Shown piece by piece: positions 22,781 to 35,235 of a DNA stretch of 64,000 nt. Position 1 is the stretch's first letter. Each line of letters opens with the position of its first letter. This DNA is from Lama glama. Its lineage: Eukaryota. The stretch lies in NCBI GenBank assembly GCA_028534125.1, contig CM052817.1, positions 31,746,001 through 31,810,000 of the forward strand, written 5' to 3'. Under the pieces are notes generated by a model. The model did no database searches. It saw only the letters and a program-made list of their open reading frames with translations, and was not told the origin of the DNA. The position numbers and the translations under genes were made by a program.

Positions 22781-23565
22781 TTAAATGTAAGTACTATTTT
22801 CCATATTTGACTAGATAGCATATTTCTAATAAGAATTTATAAGTAAATGATTATGTTAAAATGGCCCTGGCATTTATTTTTCTGCAGTAAGCAAGTTAAT
22901 ATGGTGTGAAGTTGATGAAAGATACATGAAAGATGCTCTGAAGACTGGGATTAAAATAAAAATGTAAAGATTAGTTACATAATTCATTCTTAGTGTGAAG
23001 CACATTTTCAATTAGATAAATAGAATTTTTCATCAGGCAAGAGAGAGAATGCTTTAAAAAGGATTCACTAGAACTTAAAACTTTAAATTCATGATGAAAG
23101 GAATTTGCATATTCTCTTGCCACATTGAGATGTACATCTCATTGCATTTATCAACAAATACTTGATAAAGCAAAAAATAAAACTCTGGATAACCTCTCAC
23201 CTAAAAAGTAAGAATCATTTTTCTTAAAAATGAATTCATTTTTCTAAAAAAAAAAAGCCACTTTGTAATCTCATTGAAATAAGACAATGAAATTAACAAA
23301 TACAATTGAATTTTTTTTAAATTAAGAAGTTTAAAAGATATGTTAGAGATGTGCAAAAAGGCAACTGCTGGTTGTACATATTAATTATAAAACCTCATTT
23401 TCTTTGTAGGACTAAAACATTTCATGGATTAGGGCTACGTAGAACTGAAGCACACGCTACTCTTAAAGCAGTCCATGACAAAACATTGCTAGGTCACAAA
23501 CGGCAAATGAAAACCAGTTTGTCTGACATGGATAAGTAGTCTATAAATTAAGACAGGTCACTTAC

Positions 23566-23583
23566 TGCTAGAATTTCCATTTG
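23566..23583 (-). CDS. FRYL: FRYL 18-nt microexon (QMEILA)
   Basis: Long polypyrimidine tract then ccttcttgcttag|CAA ATG GAA ATT CTA GCA|gtaagt. Phase 0-0 between two phase-0 exons. Confidence 0.85.
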
Positions 23584-24924
23584 CTAAGCAAGAAGGTGAT
23601 CAGGTCACAAAAAATACAAAGGAAGAAAAAGACCAAGAATTAGTGTAAGAAGTCATTTTAACTAGGGTCACAGAAGTCCCAGGCAAACTGAAGAACATTT
23701 AATTACACCGCAAAGAAAAGTTTATGATGCTATTTCCAGAATAAAACTTTTTAGACATTTACTGTAACAATCCAGGGTGTTTTTTAAAGCTCTTTGCCAA
23801 ATAATAGCTAAATTATATTTAGGCTACAGTTTATTTCTTGAGCAAAAGCTCCAAAGAATAAAATCAAACTAATGGGATGTTGGAAAAGTTGGCCATTGAA
23901 AGTGGTCTTCTATCTAGGTTTTTATAGCCTTTCTAAAAAAAAAAAAAAAAAGCCAAATGTAAGAAAATTTCCATTAGTAAAGTGGAAACCTCTAGTAAGA
24001 AAATAAGAAATGAATTACTTACTTCTCAGAAAAGAATTGGCTTATAATTTTATATAATAAGTACTTGCCCATGAGAAGATTATCTCTGGTGTGACTCATT
24101 CTAGGTTTCCCACCCTTTACTGATTAAATCCTAAGTTGCCATAATTAGTGCTGAATCAGAAGGTAAAATATTTAGAGCAGATGTGTGTTTTAAATTGCAT
24201 TCCAAATGTAATTCAGTAAACCTCAGAAATTCAGGTTTGAATCAAGTGAGAGAATGTAAAATACATGGTTTATGTACCATTTAAAAATTATTACATTAAA
24301 ATTTCTACAGCAACTTAGACGTAGTCTCATTAATGGAGAAGAATGGTTTCTGATTAAAACCGCAATCACAGTAATGTAAATATAGTCTAAAAGTCCTTTT
24401 TGAAGCCTGCTTTCTAAATAGTTTTTTTCTGTAAAACTATTTATAAAACATTTATTCCTATCAATTTAGAAGGGATTTGCTAAGCAAAGGTGAACTTCAG
24501 CTCTGCACTGCTTACCATAAATTATGTAGATGGTCATTCTGTGGACGTTAGTTGAGCACAACCCAATGTCAACCATATTAGCATATCTAAATTTCTAGGG
24601 TTTTACTTCATACAGTTTTGTATGGACACTAACAACTATTTGACTTTTAAATACTTTCTTCCCATTTCTATTGATATAAAAACTGACTCCACATGTATAT
24701 ATCCATAGCTTCTACTTTGGGATGTAATGGAAAAGAAATTACTGTTAAAATTTATGATCACAATTGTAGGAAATAAAACAAACATAATTTCATAGCTCTG
24801 AGTTACCAGAAATCATGCTAAATATGCTAACACTGTACATTTAAAAATACTGCTTTTTAAGTGTACTTTAATTTGTATATAGTCTTTTCTTTTTTTTTTT
24901 TTTTTCATTTTTAAAAATATTTTT

Positions 24925-25005
24925 GTGGGGGCAGGGGTGTTATAGCATGTGCTTGCACAAAGTCCTGGGTTCCGTCCCCAATGCCTCCATTAAGGGGAAA
25001 AAAAA
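24925..25005 (+). mobile_element. Internally deleted tRNA-Ala-derived SINE
   Basis: gcatgtgcttgcacaaagtcctgggttccgtccccaatgcctccattaa plus A tail; same family as the 8519 and 34081 copies. Confidence 0.6.
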
Positions 25006-25429
25006 TTTATTGCTTACTAATGCAAACGACTACACTGGTATACAGGGACAGATAGTACATAATGTGTAAAAAGTGACCCCCACTCTCAAGGAGCTGAATA
25101 TGAAAGGAGAGCTAAGATATAAATGAAAGTCTTAAATGTACAGAGTGTTTAGTTTTCACGTAGTAGAAACCCTCAAGCTGTGTTAATTGACCCAGACTTC
25201 TAGACGTGGAACTCATTTTCTTCAAGGTAGAAGGGATAGAAGAAATCACTTAGTCTAACCACTTAATTTACATATGAGAAGAGCAGTTTATGTCACTGGC
25301 TTAAGCCATAGTGGCAAAGACAGAATTAGAACCAAAGGATCTAATTCTAGTCTGGGGTTAATTCCTTATTTTGCCTTGTTTCTTTCTTTACACAGATGAT
25401 ATGATAATTTCTTTGTAACAGAGCAGGAT

Positions 25430-25712
25430 TTGGAGTTAGCCTTCCTAGTTCTGACTTTTTCCCCCTCAGTTTGAATCTTAATTCTATTTACCTACTGATT
25501 TTAGATAAATTAGCTTCTCTGAGCCTCAGTTTAAATTTGCACTTACATTCTCTCCTCATTTATTTTAAAATATTTATTGGTTGTTTATTATTTATCCTCA
25601 TCTGCATAATAGGGTAATTTTAGCGTCTAGTAGACAGAGTTGTAAGGACAGAGATAAAGTGAAATGCTCAGCACGATGCCTGGCAAATGTTAACATTTAT
25701 TATTATTATTTT
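25430..25712 (+). mobile_element. MIR remnant, approximate bounds
   Basis: tttgaatct...cttctctgagcctcagttt...cctcatctgcataataggg...gttgtaagga...tgctcagcacgatgcctggca...tattattatt. Confidence 0.6.
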
Positions 25713-26413
25713 CTAAACATTTCAGTTGTTTAAAATTTCAAACTTATAATAGCACAATAACTCTTACAGTGACTAAAAATCTAACAATCTGATGTTGAAA
25801 AAGATTAGAATTCTGATGTCAAATGCAGAGGTGGTTAACTCAGTAATGCCTCTTCCCCACGTGAAGTTGCACTTCTACTAGAATAATGTGTACGTCTTAA
25901 TTTATCCTCACTTAATGTATGTGTCATATACATGCACTTTTCTCTAAGAAAATATATTACTGTTATTTTCACTGAATTTCATAGTAGCAAAAAACAATTT
26001 ATCCAATGAGATTTTCACCTTTGGAAAGGCTAATATGAATGTATGTAACATTTCTCAGGGTTGCCTTCCTGTCCAGACAATTTATCTGTAGAATACTAAT
26101 ACAGAATGAAAATTTTTTTAAAGAGGCAGATGCAACTAAAAGCCAACTTGGACTGTCCAGATAGCCATCGAGCTTATCTATTGAATGTTATTAAGCTTCA
26201 GTCATAAGCTGGCTGTTCACTTTTATTAAAGTGAATTTTTCATTACTAAACCAATATTTCATGAAACCTAACTTTTACAAAGGTTGTTCTGATAACAAAA
26301 ATGAAGTGTTACAAATAGTCTTTATTTCTAGAAGTATCAAATAAGGTCATTTGAGCACACACATTATTTTACCTGATACAGAAATACAGCAAAACAAAGA
26401 CTAAGAAACTTAC

Positions 26414-26482
26414 TTGTGCATCTGTGTTTATCCTATACACGTCTTCTTTGGCACCGAATGTCCTCTTACAGTTGTCTAACCA
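26414..26482 (-). CDS. FRYL: FRYL coding exon
   Basis: ttctttag|WLDNCKRTFGAKEDVYRINTDAQ|gtaagt; 69 nt. Confidence 0.94.
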
Positions 26483-28809
26483 CTAAAGAAACAAGTTAAC
26501 AGTAAATTTTAATACAGCAATTGTACAATGCACAGTGAAACTGGTACTATTAACAGCCTGCAGATATAAAACAACAAACTTAAAAGTGAACTTGAATTTC
26601 TAGGACTGGCTGTAGACATAGACTTTCATCCCCATTTGAGCCGAATCATTTATACATAAAAAACAAAACAGGGAGACTGTCAGTGTGACTACATGAACAC
26701 ACTGGTGACAGTTTTCTAACAGAAACACAGTCAGTCAGCTGTCATCTCTTCCAGGGACCTGAGGTGCTCTACTTCAGTAAAGAATATTCTTCATTTTGTA
26801 GATTTTATTGGAAATCTTCACAGCCTATACCTGACCTTTGTCTAATGTAAGATGGGGAAATGAGATTGCGCTTCCTCTCTGTCGATTTAATAAAGGCAAC
26901 TTAGAGAATCAGCCAGGTCTGTTTGCTTATCAGAAGTGTAATTCTCAGAAGACTAGTGTCAGTTTTAATTAATGAAACAAACTAAAATCCATTTTAAATC
27001 TTATTTTGTTACTTTTTTTCCTTTTTGGGCAGTAATGAATGATGAACATTTTATCTCCAAAGAATATTGAACACAGAAGCCAAATACGGTTTTTCCTTAT
27101 CCAGGGGCTAGTCCTAAAGACAGATATTTATTTAAAGGACCTTTTTCTTGGTCAAATAAAAAGAAAATAATAGCATTGTGGTTTAATGGGGAAAAAACAC
27201 TGGAGTCACAGAATTTCCAAGCTGAAGTAAAAGCCAGGGGTCTTCAAATTAAGCTCCTAGATTTTGATAGTTTGATATTATTAATACTATCAGTTATTGT
27301 GACTTCCTTAATTCTTTTCTTGTGTGATAGATGAAACGTAATACAATTAACATATGTCTATATATATAATAAATCATTAGGACATTTTTTCATTCAGACT
27401 TTGAGAAAAACTACCAGCTACATTGTTTACTCTTTGAAAATATTTCAATACTAGACATTTGAAATTCTCAATTGTAGCTTAACGTTCTACATGCAAAGAA
27501 TGACAAGTAGACGTCTCAGTTATTTCAAAACAATCTCTTTGACCTTATGTCCCTTTCATCCCAGTCCCTCAGCCTGCAAGGGCACTTAGGCTCTTTGCTT
27601 GACAGCATCTCGGAAGAAAAACATGTTAAGCTTTCCTAGTGAGATACAGCTGCCTGCAGCAATTGTCAAAAGCTATCCAGCAGATTTCTTTATATCAGCA
27701 AAATTCAGCTGACATCTATCATGGAATTTGTACACTGAGCTTTAGTTACACAAAATCTTAAAATGTTTATACACATTGGCCCAGTCTGTCCAAGTATACT
27801 GATAAATTTGAAAAAAATTTTAATTGATTTATTTAGTGGCTTATTCTTACTAAATATAATTTTTTGTACTGTATGCCTAGTGATACGGCATTTGGGGGGT
27901 TACTAGTCAACATAATTATTTCTGATTTTTATTCGGTTAAAAGACAAGCCCCCAACCCTACTGTCTTGTGGCTGCACACTGGCCTGAAAAGTACAGGTCC
28001 ACACCTTCCCAGCCAGTGTAGACAAGATACAGTAGACAGTCTGTGTATTGAACAGGCTCCAGTTCACATGTAATCAGTCTTAACTGTCATGATGGGGTTT
28101 TTTTCTTTTTCTTTTTTAACTCAAGGCTCAAATAAAGGTTAAACTTTAACTGGAGAAGTTCAACTTCTGGGTGTGATGGAGTAGCTGGTTTGAGGCCAGT
28201 CCTCCAAGGACAGCTATGGAAGCAGAATCCCATCTTCCAGGATTTAGGCAATTAGAGAGAAATACGGAAGGGCGCCCACGTGGATCCCTGCATTTACTCT
28301 AGGAGGTGTGCTTTCATGTCCACAGGCAAACCAGAAGAACAGAAGCTAGTGGCCGGCAGTTTCACTGCGTGGGGAAAACAAGGCGATCACAGACAGTGAG
28401 ACACTGAGGGCCAAGATCCTGGAGCAGCGGGGACTGCAGAGAAGGGAGCTACCTGTCTGCAGTCTCCCCTCAGGGCACCTGTTCCTGTGTTTATCATGTG
28501 CACGGGGAGAGGCTAAGAAACCAGGTAGCAGCATCTGGGAAGCTGAAGAGGTAAGCAGAGATTTCTGGTCTTATGGTGCTGGGGAGACAAAAATTGTTCA
28601 AGTCCTGCCAAGAGAGTGGGGTCCTGATAAAAGCCCCAGTCTTTCACTTGTGATCCTTGGAAGACTCAGGAATAATAAAAGAATGTGTAACTAAAAAACT
28701 ATTAAGAGGGGAAAAACTGAATAGTGAAAAGTACTTGGCTGATAGAAAAGAAGTTAAGAAAGGAGGGGAGAAGTAACAGATTAGACGGGACAAGAAATAG
28801 ATGGTAGCT

Positions 28810-29522
28810 TAGGAAGGATCAAGTTCATTTTTCTCTCCCATGTGAATATTTAATTGATTCAGCACAATTTACTGAAAAGAATATTCTTTTCCCATTGCAT
28901 TGCAATAGCTTGCCTTTGCTGTAAATTATGATTATATATGTGTGGGTCTGTTATGTTCCACTGGTCTGTTTGTCTGTTCTTATGCCAGCACTACACTCTT
29001 TTGAGATTTTTAGCAGGTCTTACTGGCTGTAGGTTCAGACCTTGTTGTTGCTCTTCTTGGACAAGATTTGGAAGACTTTCTGTCAACGGCAGACAGTAAA
29101 TATTTTAGGTGTTGCAACTATTTAATTCTGTGTTGCAGTACAAAAATAGCCATAGCCAATATGTAAACAAATGGGATGACAAAGTTTCAAAAATTTTTTA
29201 TTTACAAAAACAGGCAGGGGGCCAGATATGACCTGAGGGCTATAGTTTCCTGATCTGTATTCAATATTGTAATCAGACTCAATTTCCATTTGTATACCAC
29301 CTGAAATTCTGAATGAGATTGCACTAAATCCTCAGATCATTCTGGGGGAAAATGACTCTCTACACTGTTGAGTCTTCTGATTTATGAACATGGTATGGCC
29401 CTCCATTTATTTAGGTGGCCTTTACTTTCTCTTAGTAAGATTTGAAATTTTCTGTGTGGAGGTTTAGCACATCTTTGACTAGACTTATTTGTAGGTAACT
29501 GACGTTCTCCTCTTGTAAGTGG
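28810..29522 (-). mobile_element. Antisense L1 fragment interrupted by a MER58A-like MITE
   Basis: cagcacaatttactgaaaaga...tctttttcccattg...ttatgccagcactacact...gagattgcactaaatc...ttgagtcttctgatttatgaacatggtatg are L1 antisense motifs. Confidence 0.7.
29075..29258. mobile_element. hAT-Charlie MITE (MER58A-like)
   Basis: tttctgt...gacagtaaatattttagg...gccatagccaatatgtaaacaaatggg...ttatttacaaaaacaggc...ggccagat...gctatagttt resembles MER58A. Confidence 0.7.
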
Positions 29523-30040
29523 TATCTATTGCTGTATAACAAGCCACCCTAAAACGTAATGGCTTCTTAAAACAAGACAGATCTATGTGTTGGCTGGTAG
29601 ATTCTTCTGGACTTGCCTAGGCTCTCTCATGAGTCTGCAGTCATCTGATGGCTTAACTGGGGAAGTTCCCAGGCTGAAAGCTGGCCTCATGTGTTTCCCA
29701 GTGAGCTAGTGGTCAGCTGGATGCCTCCATTCTCCTCCATATGGCCTCTCATCCTCCAGCAGACTAGATTTCCAGAGTGTGTCCCAGTTTATACTCTGAC
29801 AGGCATGATGGCAAAAGTAGAAGCTGCAAAGGGCCTCTTAAGTGCTAGTCTCAGAAGTTGCACAGTATCACTTCCGAATTTGACTGGTCAGAACAAGTCA
29901 CAAGGCCATCCTAGACTTAAGAGGTGGGAAAACAGACTCCATCTCTTGCTGGGAGGAACAGCGAAGTCATATTGCATAGAGATGTGGACACAGAGGAGCG
30001 TGATTCACGAGGGTTATTAACGGAGCAGTCCACCACAGCT
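29523..30040 (-). mobile_element. MaLR (MLT1-type) LTR
   Basis: ctattgctgtataacaagccaccctaaaacgtaatggctt...ggcctctcatcctccagcagactag...caagtcacaaggccatcctagac...agactccatctcttg...gtccaccaca. Confidence 0.7.
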
Positions 30041-30680
30041 TCTAGGATAGGCAAAGATTTCTGAAGACACAAAAGGTACTAACCATGATAGAAAAGACTG
30101 ATAACTTGGACCTAATTAAATTAAAAACTTCCATTCATCAAAAAATGCCGTTAACATAGTGAAAATGCTAGCTGCAGAGAAGGGAAAAATTTGTAATACA
30201 TATACCCAACAAAAGGCTTATGTTTAGAATGAAGAACTACAAATCAGTAAGAAAACCACAAATAACTCATTTACAAAAACGGGTAAAGTACTTAAGATAC
30301 AGTTCACAAAATAGCTAAACAAAGATATCTCTATGAAAAGGTGCTCAGTCACCAGAGGAATGTAAAATAGTGTCACTGAAAAACTACCTCACACCCACCA
30401 GAAGGACCGCAATGTTAAAAGCTGGCCACATCAAGCGGTGGCAATGGCACTAAGCAATGGTAACTCCTGTGCACACTTCTGATGGGACTGTAAACTGATA
30501 CAACCTCTTTTAGGAAACTGCTTGGCAGAATCTACCAAAGTTGAACGTATGTATACGCTCTGACCCAGGAATTCCACTCCTTGGATGGATACTCAAGAGG
30601 TCTGTGAACAGACATACATAAAACACATGTATAAGAAGGTACACAGCAATAGTATTTGTAAGATGACCAGCTGAAAACTC
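30041..30680 (+). mobile_element. L1 fragment (sense, 3' part of ORF2 region), degenerate
   Basis: ggataggcaaagatttct...attaaattaaaaacttc...tacctcacacccaccagaagg...tgtaaactgatacaacc...tgacccaggaattccactcct. Confidence 0.75.
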
Positions 30681-31699
30681 TTTCCTCTTCTCCAATCTGT
30701 CCTTCCTCTTTCAGTCCAGATACAAGATTTCCTCTTATAAGGGGAGAAAGCCTTAACAAGTGTTTTTCTCATACCATATTCTGTCTCAGAGATAATCTCC
30801 CAATCTAAAATGACCATCTTTCAAGGACTAAGGTCGTATCTCTAGTCCATGAAGTTTTCCTATTAGCCAGAAGTGACCTCTCCCTGGAAATCATAGCGTT
30901 TGGTCTGTGTCCATTCTCTGTTAGGTCTGTGTGATTTCGAGAAGTGCCTTTCATCGCAAATAATTTTAATTATTGCTGTAATTGAAGTGACTCTAATTTT
31001 GTTACTAATTCCTCATGCACAGTATTTGCGCTTTATATTCCCATCTAGAATATTTAGAGAATAAGAACCAGATTTTTTTACACTTCATTTTTCATAGGCC
31101 TTCACATGTGATAGATATTTAATACTTATTAGTAAAAGACCACCTCCTAGTCTAGGGGGAAAATGCCTGTACTGTATGCAGTTTGTGTGAAAAGGAGAAG
31201 TTTTTTTTTTTTTTTCTTTAAGTTTTTCTGCCCCTGTCAATTGAAAACATGGTGGATTTACTCTCAGGGAACAGAACTACTGTGCTCTGCAGTGCCAGAC
31301 TGGAGTTAAAGAAACACTTCTTTGCAGGTAACATCTGTAATCGACTACATGCTTGTTTCTCCCTTTGGAGACGTCTTAGCACTTGCACACGTACATGTAC
31401 ACATCACAGGAAAACGATCACAGCTTCATCACAGGTTGCAGATTTTCTGGACCAGGACATCATTAAGTACTTCTCAGAGAAATACTGCTTTTATATCCCT
31501 GCTTGCAATGTTGACAATGTTGACATAGTCTCCACACAGAAGCTTTTTATAGAGCTAGTTTTCCGTTGGGCTCTTAGGCTCTTAGAGGGCCAATTTCTAA
31601 AAGCTAAAGATAGGAATTTACTGGACAGAGAGCTGCGAGGCCCCACCACTCTCAGTGTAACCCTGAGGCAAGTGCTAACAGGTCCTGTTCTCCATCTCA

Positions 31700-31873
<174 letters not shown>

Positions 31874-32563
31874 TCAAATCAGAAACAAAGGGATCCAGGT
31901 CATCATTTCTGATCACAATCATGAGACTGAAAACTTTGGGGTCATGGGTTAGTTGGTTTCCAGACCAGCTTAAGCCAGCATCCCCTACTGCAAGCTGCCC
32001 CCAACTCAGGGCTGACCTTTCACTGAAACATAAGAGTGCAGTGTGATTTCAGGGATGTCTGCCAGTCTAAGCATGCCTTCAAATGATTTCAAAAACTGGA
32101 TCAGCCAAAAATGACACGTCAAACCAGTATATACCTTAAAGGTAACACCCTGGAGGCTTTTTAAACCTTAATTTTTAAAATATCTTAATACATAATCTAC
32201 AAATACGCTTGGAAACATGTGGGGAAGACCAAGGAGTTCTGGGTTCTTTGTGGGGGGAGGTCTAGCCCTCTCCTACCCGCCTTTATTCAGGAGTCAGGGA
32301 AAAGTACACGTCTCTGGAGCACAATTCTTAGCTTCCCCAGCTAGGACTCTGTGGCAGGAGAGGGTAGCGAGAGGCCAGAATCAGAAACAGTTCCAAGTCA
32401 CCACATATAATAAACTGGAATTGTATTTTGCTAGATAGTTACAATCAAATTGAAAATACGAACCTTTACACTTTAAAATTCTGAATTACCTTTAAAAAAA
32501 TCATTTACTGAATGATGCCATTCAAATTTAGTTTTTATAATAAGCCCTCATGTAAAAACTTAC

Positions 32564-32713
32564 CGTTTCAGCATCCACAAAGACTGTTGGGCATTCTGAA
32601 CACATCATCATCACTTCCAGTGAGCTTTTAAATTTGGTACCAATGCGCTGCAGACTCTCACCAAGAAAGCTGACTGCCTCATTAGTTATGTCTCCAAACT
32701 TTCTTTGAATTGA
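32564..32713 (-). CDS. FRYL: FRYL coding exon
   Basis: ctccatag|SIQRKFGDITNEAVSFLGESLQRIGTKFKSSLEVMMMCSECPTVFVDAET|gtaagt; 150 nt. Confidence 0.95.
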
Positions 32714-34080
32714 CTATGGAGAAAACATAAGAAAAATGTTAGTATTTCATATGCAGCCATTTTTCATCTTTAAGTGAAAAAGCATAACATATAATTAGAA
32801 CAACCTTTTATTTTAAAACTATTATTTTAGTGATATATAGAATTCTAAAAACTGATCTGTAAAGCCTTGTTTTTAGGCACTTCTTTATTAGCAAACACGG
32901 TCATTTCTAAAAATGATCAAAGGTTTACAAAATAGTATTACTGAAAAAAGAAACTAATGGTACATGCCATTCATCTCCCTACTCCTGAGATTTCTTCCAT
33001 TACAAAAGACACAAGGAATACATGCTGTACGTCCTTGGAAATATGGTCACCACATATCTGAAGAATTAGCTCTTCTAAAGCTAAGTTCTACCTGGAAGAA
33101 ACTTTCAGTAAAAGCAGTTTACTCTCCTTGGCTATCAGCTGCCATCTGACTTTAATTAAAGTCAAAATGCATCACAGGTAATATCTTTTCAAAACTGAAG
33201 AATATTCATTCTCCTTAAACAACCAGACAGTACCTGACCCATAGAGAGCACTCAATGGATTAGACTACGTATTAATAGTACTATCACTATACACATACTT
33301 AATGTGTACCTACATGTATGTGTGTAGCACTGTTAGATGTCATTGTGATTAATTAAAAAAAAAAAACCATAAGCCACAATCTCAGGCATCAAGAAATTTG
33401 TATCTCTGGAAAGAAAAGACTGTGAATAGGAAACCAAGTAGCAATGCAAAAACTACAGACTTAAGTAAATAGATGCTCCAGTTAACAAGCACTAACCTTC
33501 CAGAAGGGAGAGACTGGAGGTTGGAAGAAGCTGGGAAAACTGCGGTGAGTGTATGTACTTAGCTCGGTCTTCTAAGATGGACAAAATTTGGTTAGGGAGG
33601 AAAGCTGGCAGGTGGTTCAGAAAATAATACTTAAATGATGGCATTTCTCTCTGCCTTGGTTTCCCTGGCTACAGAATGCTAAAGCATATAGGTCTGTTGT
33701 AAGAATTGCTTAATGTGAAGCATTTAGCATAGTGCCTGGCATGTAGACAGTACTGAATAAATGTAAGCTCATGTTATTTAGGGTTGAAGCAACCTTGGCT
33801 AAAATTGTTAAGGTCTCCACATAGTAATGAAAGTGCCAACGAATTTAACACTTTATGATAAACTGTCTTATGATACTGATGGTACATTCCTTGAAGGCAG
33901 GAACCAGGCTTTATATTTCATTGGTATCCCTGCTGGTGCCTAGCATCCTGCACCAGAATTTATCAGATGTTGTTCTGAAGTTTTATTCTAATTGCCTTAG
34001 GGGAGGTATCTGTACTAGTCATTATATAATGTGCCAGCGGTACTACAATGTCAAAGTGTAAATTTAAATTTCACTATCTT

Positions 34081-34278
34081 GGAGGGGAGGGTATAGCTCA
34101 AGTGGCAGAGTGCATGCTTAGCATGCACAAGGTCCTGGATTCAACCCCCAGTACCCCTTTGAAAAATAAAGAAGTAAACCTAATTACCCCCACCTCAAAA
34201 ACCCTAAATAAACAAATAAATTACAATTCAAAAAAATATTTATAAAAACCCTTCCAGTCTGTTAAATAAATAAGTAAA
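34081..34278 (+). mobile_element. tRNA-Ala-derived SINE (Vic-1-like), full length
   Basis: gggtatagctcaagtggcagagtgcatgcttagcatgcacaaggtcctggattcaacccccagtacc plus AT-rich tail. Perfect 16-bp TSD taaatttcactatctt at 34065-34080 and 34279-34294. Confidence 0.9.
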
Positions 34279-34398
34279 TAAATTTCACTATCTTTGGAAA
34301 AAAATTTGTTTAAAAGAAATCAATGGGCATATTAAAATCTGAGGTACTGATTTTAGACAAAACCCCTAACTTTATCAGGTAACTGTAATACGAATTCA

Positions 34399-34683
<285 letters not shown>

Positions 34684-35009
34684 TTACAACAGTGTAAGCC
34701 CTCTAACACAGATTATTTTTACTCATCTATACACACTGATTTAGAAAATGCACTTTGTGAGAAAGCACAGATAAGCAGATTTTCTTATTGATCCTTGATC
34801 TGTTTATCATCTTTGGAATTAGGACTCTCATTTCACACGACTGCCTTAAAACAACCCAAGTCCTACAATATGCCAGGGTAATGGAAATAATTTCAGTAAC
34901 TTCTGTGAATAGTACAGATTAGAATGCTTTCATTTTAAATGGTCAATTTTGGAGGCTTTTTGTTTGAACAGGCCCACACTGACAATGAGAATACTTTAAA
35001 AGTGTTTCT

Positions 35010-35235
35010 CATGTACTTCTGTGTCAAGGGCTATGTAGTAGGTGCTCTGTATGGATTGTCTTCATTCAGTCTTCACAGCAACTCGGTGACAGTTAAGTAC
35101 TATTATTAGCCTGATTTTTTACCAATGAGGAAACGAAAAGTTCAATGATGTGCCTCGGCTACTGAGTAGGAAATGACAGAGCCAGAATCTGAAGCCTGGA
35201 CCATGGGTCCAAGCCCAGTGTTATAAAGCCATGAC
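35010..35235 (-). mobile_element. MIR remnant, approximate bounds
   Basis: cttctgtgtcaagg...tcattcagtcttcacagcaac...tactattattagcctgattttt...atgaggaaac...gacagagccagaatctgaagc. Confidence 0.6.

Noticed and set aside
34088..34157. tRNA-Ala(AGC)-like sequence (also at 8519 and 17480-17550)
   Set aside because: AT-rich tails, TSDs and T-loop/B-box mutations show these are SINEs, not tRNA genes.
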